Source: Chlorokybus atmophyticus (lineage: Eukaryota > Plantae > Mesostigma and Chlorokybus algae). Taken from it: DNA of 41,805 nucleotides. Under the pieces are notes generated by a model. It searched no databases. It saw nothing but the letters and a program-made list of their open reading frames with translations, and was not told the origin of the DNA. The stretch spans positions 38,117 through 79,921 of the forward strand of contig RHPI01003467.1 in assembly GCA_009103225.1 (NCBI GenBank). The letters are read 5' to 3'. Positions 35,231-41,805 of the stretch are shown here, one piece after another; positions within the stretch are counted from its first letter, which is position 1, and the number at the start of each line of letters is the position of its first letter. Both the position numbers and the translations under genes were made by a program.

Positions 35231-37400
35231 ATGGTGCCAACGAAGTGATAACCGACGTTGACAGCCATTCTGTGAATGTATAGGCAAGATGACACCATGT
35301 GCTAGCAAGGCCATGTACACGCATGTGGGCACACCAGCTATGGTCATACATGGTTATGGCCACAACGAGTCAAATATTTGGACCATGCATGGCCGCAATC
35401 CATGTGAGGTATAGCTAACAAACACACCAGATATGGCCATACATGATTATGGCCACATCGGGTTAAATATCGAGACCAAACATGGCAGCAATGTACAAGA
35501 GGTATGGCTAACTTAGCCATGTTGAATACGCACGCCATACATAGCCGCTGCCCATACACCGCATACGGTAGTGAACATGTGATGCCGTGCATGGTAATAA
35601 AGATGTATGTACGCTATGTGTGGCGGTGGGTTGGAAGTGAACCATGCATGGTTTGAGCAAACCATGCATGGTTTGAGCAAACCATGCATGGTTCACTGTT
35701 TGCACCAGCCTTGCTATGGCATAAATACACAGCGCATACGGTGTAAAAGGTGGGGAATATGGCTTATATTATACATGCCACCACATACGGTGCGTGCATG
35801 GCATGTAACCGAACATTGTTTGGCCACTGCAGGCGGACCATGTATGGTGCTGTTTATGGGAGTATGATTTATACTGAACTTGCCATGTGTTTGTTAAACT
35901 GGCTTAAGTGGTCACAAACGTCGTATATACTTCACACTCAGGCTCCCCACCCGACATTCAATTATATCATGATGGTAGTGTACATGGTAGCGTGTCGGGA
36001 TGAAAGGATCACCAGCAATCAAGCACGAACCTCCATTGCGTACTCCATCAAGAGGCTGCATAGCGAGCTGGCAGTTGGATCACTCCACTTTGCGACAATG
36101 CACAATCACATTAAATTAATCAACTTGCTCACCCTCAAGAAAAGTGGCATCTAATCGCCATCTGACCGTAGTAAACGATGGCTCATGGGTGCATCTTCGA
36201 TCTAATGGCTTTGTTCCAACATGGACACGTCGTCATAGAATGAGCAAGATTTTGGGGTAGCCATTGTCGACGTTTGAAATCATTGGCACCCATCTCCGAT
36301 TCAATGATGCGTGCACCGGAGCATGGATGCTTGAGAACTGTGTGTTCGTGCGTATGTGCCTCAGAGATGGCATTTGCAGCAGGTCCGCCTTGAGGTCATC
36401 AGGGTCCGAATAATTCAGGTGATATGCATCGTACAGTTTGCGGCGAGAACGGACACTATGATTGCATGCATCATACAGCTTCTTCTGAGCTGTTATTGTA
36501 CCGTGACCATGCGCGTGATGTGTGATCAGCCAATGCACAACAGCGCGTGAGGTGGTGCACATTGTGTGACGTATTCAAGGAGGTGCAATGCACCTGTCAA
36601 TTTGAGACTGCGGACTCCGCAATCTCAAACACACAGGAGTACACATCTCATGAATGACCTTTTGGAAAGGTCATTCATGAAGTGTGTACTATACACAAAG
36701 TGCATCCCATTGCCTGCAAAGCACAAATACGCACCGGTTGGCAGACCCTCGAACACACAAGGAGGTCCTAAATGAGTACGTTGCGCCCATTTCTTTGGAA
36801 GTCAGCGTTACCATGAAGACGCCAGATTCCAGCATCCGCGGCTCGAGGGTGGATGGTGCTTCGCTGTATACGATATGACGCTCAGCCCTGAGCTGCTGCG
36901 AGTTAATGCAACATCCTTTTAATGCTGCCACCTGCGGCATCATGGGGCACATTCAGCACAGCGACGCCATCGCATGCAGTTGGGACCACTTCATTCCACC
37001 AACATTCAAATGCCGCTATGACCACAAGACATACAACCAATACATCCTGTGCTGTGTGCAAGACGCATAGTGCAAAATGAAGGTTGTGCGTCCTCAACAC
37101 ATGCCCACTCGCGGTGGGGCAGCTGACAATAATTGCACTGCGTACTTGCATGCGCTGATTCGCACTTGACGCATCGCATGCACTACTTGAGACATAAAAG
37201 CCTAAACACTGAGGCAGGGTGATACATGATGCATGGAACGGTGATGACTACTGTTGCATTCCCCATCGTTAATTGCATGCACCCGCCTGATTGACGCACA
37301 AGTTGGTCAACCAAGGCAAACGATTGCGTATTTGCTGGCTCACAAAAATAACCCACAGCAACTCGTAGCAATGCGACGGTCCTAGTGCGCATATGACTTG
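35231..37400 (-). pseudogene. Decayed gene Y (unknown family), continuing at 27164 leftwards after E2 removal; boundaries approximate
   Basis: ORF fragments 37183-37392, 36689-36952, 36233-36562; junction reads CLYIHRMAVNVGYHFVGT-IWRYLPPEIDRHIVTCA*. Confidence 0.4.
35340..35900. repeat. CATGG-rich diverged repeat region including a 20-bp tandem of a palindrome
   Basis: aaccatgcatggtt-tgagca repeated about 2.7 times at 35640-35693; catggttatggcc/catgattatggcc variants from about 35349. Confidence 0.7.
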
Positions 37401-37871
37401 ATGCACATCACACGTCTACTGATTAAAATTAGACATGCATTGTGCCTGCCTCTATCATGCAAAGCAAAAACAGCAAGCGCACATGCATAAGACAGCAACA
37501 AAACCCGCAACCTCAAACAAAGATGGCGCATGCACCTTCGATTTCAACGACGTCTCACATTAGTATACATGCATGTTGCCTGCCCACAGCATGCAGAGCA
37601 TTAACACCTAAACGTTGTTGAAAATCAAGCCGCCTGGTACCTGTGTGTAATAGCAGAGGCGACATGCAGGAGTTGTAGCACACGGGAAGGAAGAGCGAAC
37701 GGACTCGAACGCCGCCTTTATATCTTTAGCATCAGGGAAATGGCTGGCATCCGAGGACGATGACGCCACTGCCATTGTTGATAACTAAGTTGCACACACA
37801 CAAGAGCCAAACTAATAGGGGACAACCCTCAACAACGAGCGCGAGACCATTTCAAGAAACTCTAACTCGGA

Positions 37872-38300
37872 GTGGATAAGATGATTGATGCACGGACGCC
37901 GTATGCATTAGGCGACGAATACGTCGTTAAGACTGAGACCAATCGAGTCAATCAAATCATTGACGTGAGGAGTGTCATACCATTAAAATTAAATACGACT
38001 TCAAGATGCCATAATTGCAAACGACCACTCTACAGATGGCTTGCACCCCGATAAAAGCATGACGGAGTTCTTATATACAATTGAACAGGCTTTGGGCCGC
38101 AAACTGCAATATGCCGGTTTTAAGCTCCTGGATTATTGTTTTTCAGCATTTGGCAACCGTCGCCAATGTCAATTCCATGGATTCGCAGCCCAACAACATG
38201 TAAATACAACTTTGAAGCAAGGTTCAAGAGTTCTATCCAATTTGGGTTGCCATCTGCAGGCAGTCAACCAATGTCGCTCACTCAACTCGCCGGCAATGTC
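37872..38300 (+). other. Protein-like ORF fragments of unknown origin
   Basis: Overlapping ORFs 37872-38054 (..SRCHNCKRPLY..) and 38041 onward (TEFLYTIEQALGRKLQYAGFKLLDYCF) have non-repetitive composition; no family recognised. Confidence 0.2.
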
Positions 38301-40042
38301 AGCTCAGCGCGTCTACGAGTTTAATTTCAGGAAGAAGTCCACCCCCATCCCCACCCCCACCGCCAACCGTCAACACCCTTCCACTCTTCGCGGCCGCCAA
38401 CGATGCCGCCAACGATACTTACCACGCCGCGGCGTTGCGCAACAAATAAACGCGCAACTTCAGTCTCCGCACCGTACAGGAAGTTGCTGAGACCTATGCC
38501 GCGCAGTACCAGGGGATTCAGTGCGTCCGAGTGCATGCACGCGCTGTGCAGTGAGCTGTGTCGGTGAAAGTGTCTACCTCCTTATGCTGTTGTATTGCGT
38601 GACAACTTATGTTGCATTGCTGCTGCTTGTTGGGTTTGATGCTGGCTGCTGTTGGGTTTAAAGCTGGCTGCTGTTGGTTTTGGTGCAGATGCGCAGTAAT
38701 ACGAGTGAGGAGGAGCGAGAGCGAGAGAATCTGCTTGTTGCAATGCTGCTTGGCTTAGCTCAGCTGCGGAATGCTTTGCACTGCCGTAAGTAGCACACGA
38801 GGCCAAGGAGGAGGGATCAGCAACTTCCTGACAGGAAGATGCCGCATCGTGACGATGCCGCATCGTCACAAGCACGGTGCTTGCAAGTTGCAGGGAAATT
38901 CACCTATGACAGTACTACTGCAGCATGCTTGCACCGTGCTTGCGTCATGCTGCTGCGAAATCAGCGTTGAGATCAGTGTTCTCGGCATAATGCTCCTTTT
39001 GCTGAGAAAAAGTATGTTGCCGTGTGGTTTGTTACGGACTGTCCGCTCTGTGTGCTGTCATGTCAACTTTCCAGCAGTGTAAATTCATGCAACCGCTCCA
39101 TGAATGCTAGAAGATGACAAGACAACACAGCTTGAGCGCTGTGCCGCCTGCCAGCCCGTATTACTTTGCCTCAAAAGCAACATGCCATGTGGGAACGGCG
39201 GCACATTGCGCGTGTCACTGTCTACTCAACCTAGCCGCCTTGCTTAGGTGCTGCCGCTGCCGGCATAGTCAATGCTGTCAGAGCGCAAGCTAACGCCGCA
39301 GCCAGTGGTTGAAGAGAGAATCATGCTGGCTTAAGTAGTGCAGGTCTTTGCTTGATTGCAGCTAGTGTCTGGTAGTATTTGCAGGTTTACCCCCGCTGGT
39401 TGATTCAGTGCTGCCGGCATGGAGAGTAAAGCAGTGCCAGCATGGCTGATGTTTATGGTGCTGGTGGCTTTGACTTCAACAGCAGCAGCAGCTGGTGGAG
39501 CCGTCTTGACACCCTCCCACACTGGTCCCTGGCTCAACCCTATAACTGACCCATCTTTCATAAAGGTGACTTTGCTTCCACGTTTGTGTATATGCGTATG
39601 TCTTTCAGCGCATATGGTGTAGGGACTGTCACTGCATTGACTATCCTGTTGTCTGCTGCTGCGACACAAACGCATCGCTGCTCTATTTTATCTCAAGCCA
39701 CACAAGAAACGTAAAAGATCTCAAGGCTGAACTACCATAGTTGTTGTCTCCTTTTTTGACTTGACACATGCACTGTCTCGCAGCTCATTTGCGTGCGTAA
39801 GCCCGTAGCAATTTTGTGGCTGGCAAAGCTGCCAGCCACAAAATCGTGCACGCGCAAGCTCGTTCGCTACGCCTTCTGTTCGGAAGACATTGACCACGAC
39901 AACCCGCAAGTCACCTACACCCTCTTCTGGACCACATACGAACCCTGCCAGCTCGGTCCGTATTCTCAAGTTGTCCTTCGCATTCACGTTCAGTGCGAAG
40001 GCCCCCAAAATGAGGTAAACTTGGGTGTCTGGATGAAAGGTA

Positions 40043-41805
40043 CCGTATTTACACGTATAGAAGCCCCCCCCTATTACAAGCCCCCCAGCAAAAAAGGGTG
40101 GGGGGCTTGTGTAAAAACTTACAAGCCCCCCCCACCGTTTACAAGCCCCCCTTTACACATTGGTGTCTTTATTTAACATGTGAATGGTACACAAACATCA
40201 TTTCATGACATACATATCATAAACTGGGTCATATCAACATGGATGCAATGCAAAATGAGCATCACATCATGTGCATGTCCTACACCTCCTCACCATCTGA
40301 ATCAGTTAGCCTCTCACTATCACTACTACTGATCTCATGCACTAGAGCACTACACCCAGCATGTGATGCTAACTTGGAGGCCTGCCTCTGCTTCTCGATA
40401 TGCTCCGCGCGCTCGTTCTCCTCATCCTCAAGGGCTTGCTGCTCTTCAAGGGGCAACTCATCACGAGTCAGAAGCTCATCACCATCCTGCTCACCACCCG
40501 CAGCGATATGCTCCTCGACAATGTCGTCCTCGATGCCGTCCATGGCATGGCTCAGACCACACTTGACAAATGCTTTCTTGATGAGGTCAACTGGTATCTT
40601 CTCCCAACTTCTGCGCACCCAGTCGCACAGCTGTCTTTCGGTTGGATGGCGTTGATGTCCAGCCGGAGTGAAGGTGTGCTGGCTAGGGTCAGCCATCCAC
40701 ATGGTGAACTGCACAATGCCCATGTCAACACTGCAATTGTACAATGCATACACTGTCAACACAACATGTTAAGCAACCCACCTCAGCACGCATCAGAGCC
40801 TTGAAGGGCTTGTTTATTGACACGTCCAGCGGCTGAACGATTGAAGTTAGTCCGCCAGGAATGACCGCCATGTCAATGTGCGCGTGAAGAGCATCCGCCT
40901 TCACGCTGTCACACAGATGGGCACTGAAGCTATCCCACACCAGCAGCGCGCGTTGACCGAATACCTAAAAATACACACGCATGCATGCGTGTGAGCATTG
41001 TTATGAAACATGTATTACCGAGCAGACATGTAAGCAACCAGTACCGACTTGTCTAGGGCATTTTCTCAACACCTCTTGAACATACAGCCGCGACAAGTCT
41101 TCGTTCATCCACCCCTTTGGATTGGCCCACACAATGACTCCTACCGGCTTGACATCCCGTGGCACGGTAGCACGCTTGAAGATAATGACTGGAAGCAACT
41201 TCGAACCATCGGCCGCACACCCAAGCACAACTGTCATGTTCTTTCATGACCGGTCCCCTTGACATGCACATCTCTACTACCGCAGGTTGATCGTGGTGCC
41301 CGCCATGAGGTTGTATGGCATGGGCGTTTCGTCCACGTTCAAGATGGTTGGCAATGCGTACTTCTTGGAAGCGCGCATGGTTGTGACATAGCGCCGAAAA
41401 GCATCCACCTTTTCAACGCAGTCTTTGGGCAGCGCTGGGCAACTTTGGTGCGTCTTCTCACCAGGTCATGCCGTATCATGAAGCGGCGGAGCCACCGCAA
41501 CGATGCCGTCATGTTGACGTGCTCCTCTGCAGCATGCTCCTCATTTCAGTGTTTGAGCAGCTCGCGCAAGCTCCTGTCAAGCATAGCACACACCAGGGCA
41601 TTGCAATTAATGCACAACAAACAACAAGCAGTCACGCAACCAACTTGTGTGCGGAACTGAACTAAAGGCGCGGTGACAGCTAATCCTTTTGTGCGTTGAT
41701 TTATTACAAAGTTCATGCAATCCTCGTCAATCTCAGGAGCTAAAACTGCCCTGCCTCCACCCTTCAACCGAAACCGCACTTGAGAAGTGCCCGCAATGTC
41801 AACTC
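40043..41805 (-). mobile_element. pogo-like transposon copy 2, cut off by the window end
   Basis: Begins TA|ccgtatttacacgtatagaagccc; collinear and nearly identical to 27421 to about 29187; different flank from copy 1. Confidence 0.95.
40280..41805 (-). pseudogene. pogo DDD transposase, copy 2, partial and frameshifted
   Basis: Same exons and same frameshifts as copy 1. Confidence 0.9.

Noticed and set aside
27132-35264. ctgtcaa..ttgacag as TIRs of E2
   Set aside because: Only 7 bp with no TSD; both lie in the flanking reading frame, and the CACAC boundaries give a TSD and restore the ORF.
37690-37770. Second tRNA-like sequence (GTTCGAGTCC B-box on the minus strand)
   Set aside because: No convincing A-box spacing, anticodon arm or acceptor stem.
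1-41805. Fanzor/TnpB, reverse transcriptase, Helitron Rep/helicase, TET/JBP or viral hallmark genes
   Set aside because: No diagnostic motifs recognised by eye; decayed genes W, X and Y remain unassigned and need profile searches.

Overview
Eukaryotic nuclear DNA (GT-AG introns of about 70-110 nt, roughly 50% GC by eye, green-alga-like but taxon not determinable) forming a nested transposon cluster. No prokaryotic features and no clearly intact host gene. Recognisable elements: (1) an apparently intact hAT transposon (19309-22901; 16-bp TIRs, 8-bp TSD, 8-exon 796-aa transposase); (2) a decayed Crypton tyrosine-recombinase gene (13618-17131); (3) two copies of a pogo/Tigger-like element (27421-30180 complete; 40043 to window end) sharing the same frameshifts; (4) a divergent histone H3/CENH3-like fold at the C-terminus of a longer multi-exon reading frame, with two in-frame TAGs (about 24552-26714). 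The main unexplained structure is a pair of large elements (10715-23175 and 27165-35230). Each has CACAC-type termini, a 3-bp TSD and subterminal arrays of the dyad GGACCA-N4-TGGTCC, and no recognisable transposase. Deleting either element restores a continuous minus-strand reading frame in the flanks, which independently supports the boundaries. The rest is decayed minus-strand coding sequence of unknown family, tandem and palindromic repeats, a tRNA-Ala-like relic and one assembly gap. All protein family calls are by-eye motif recognition, not database searches.
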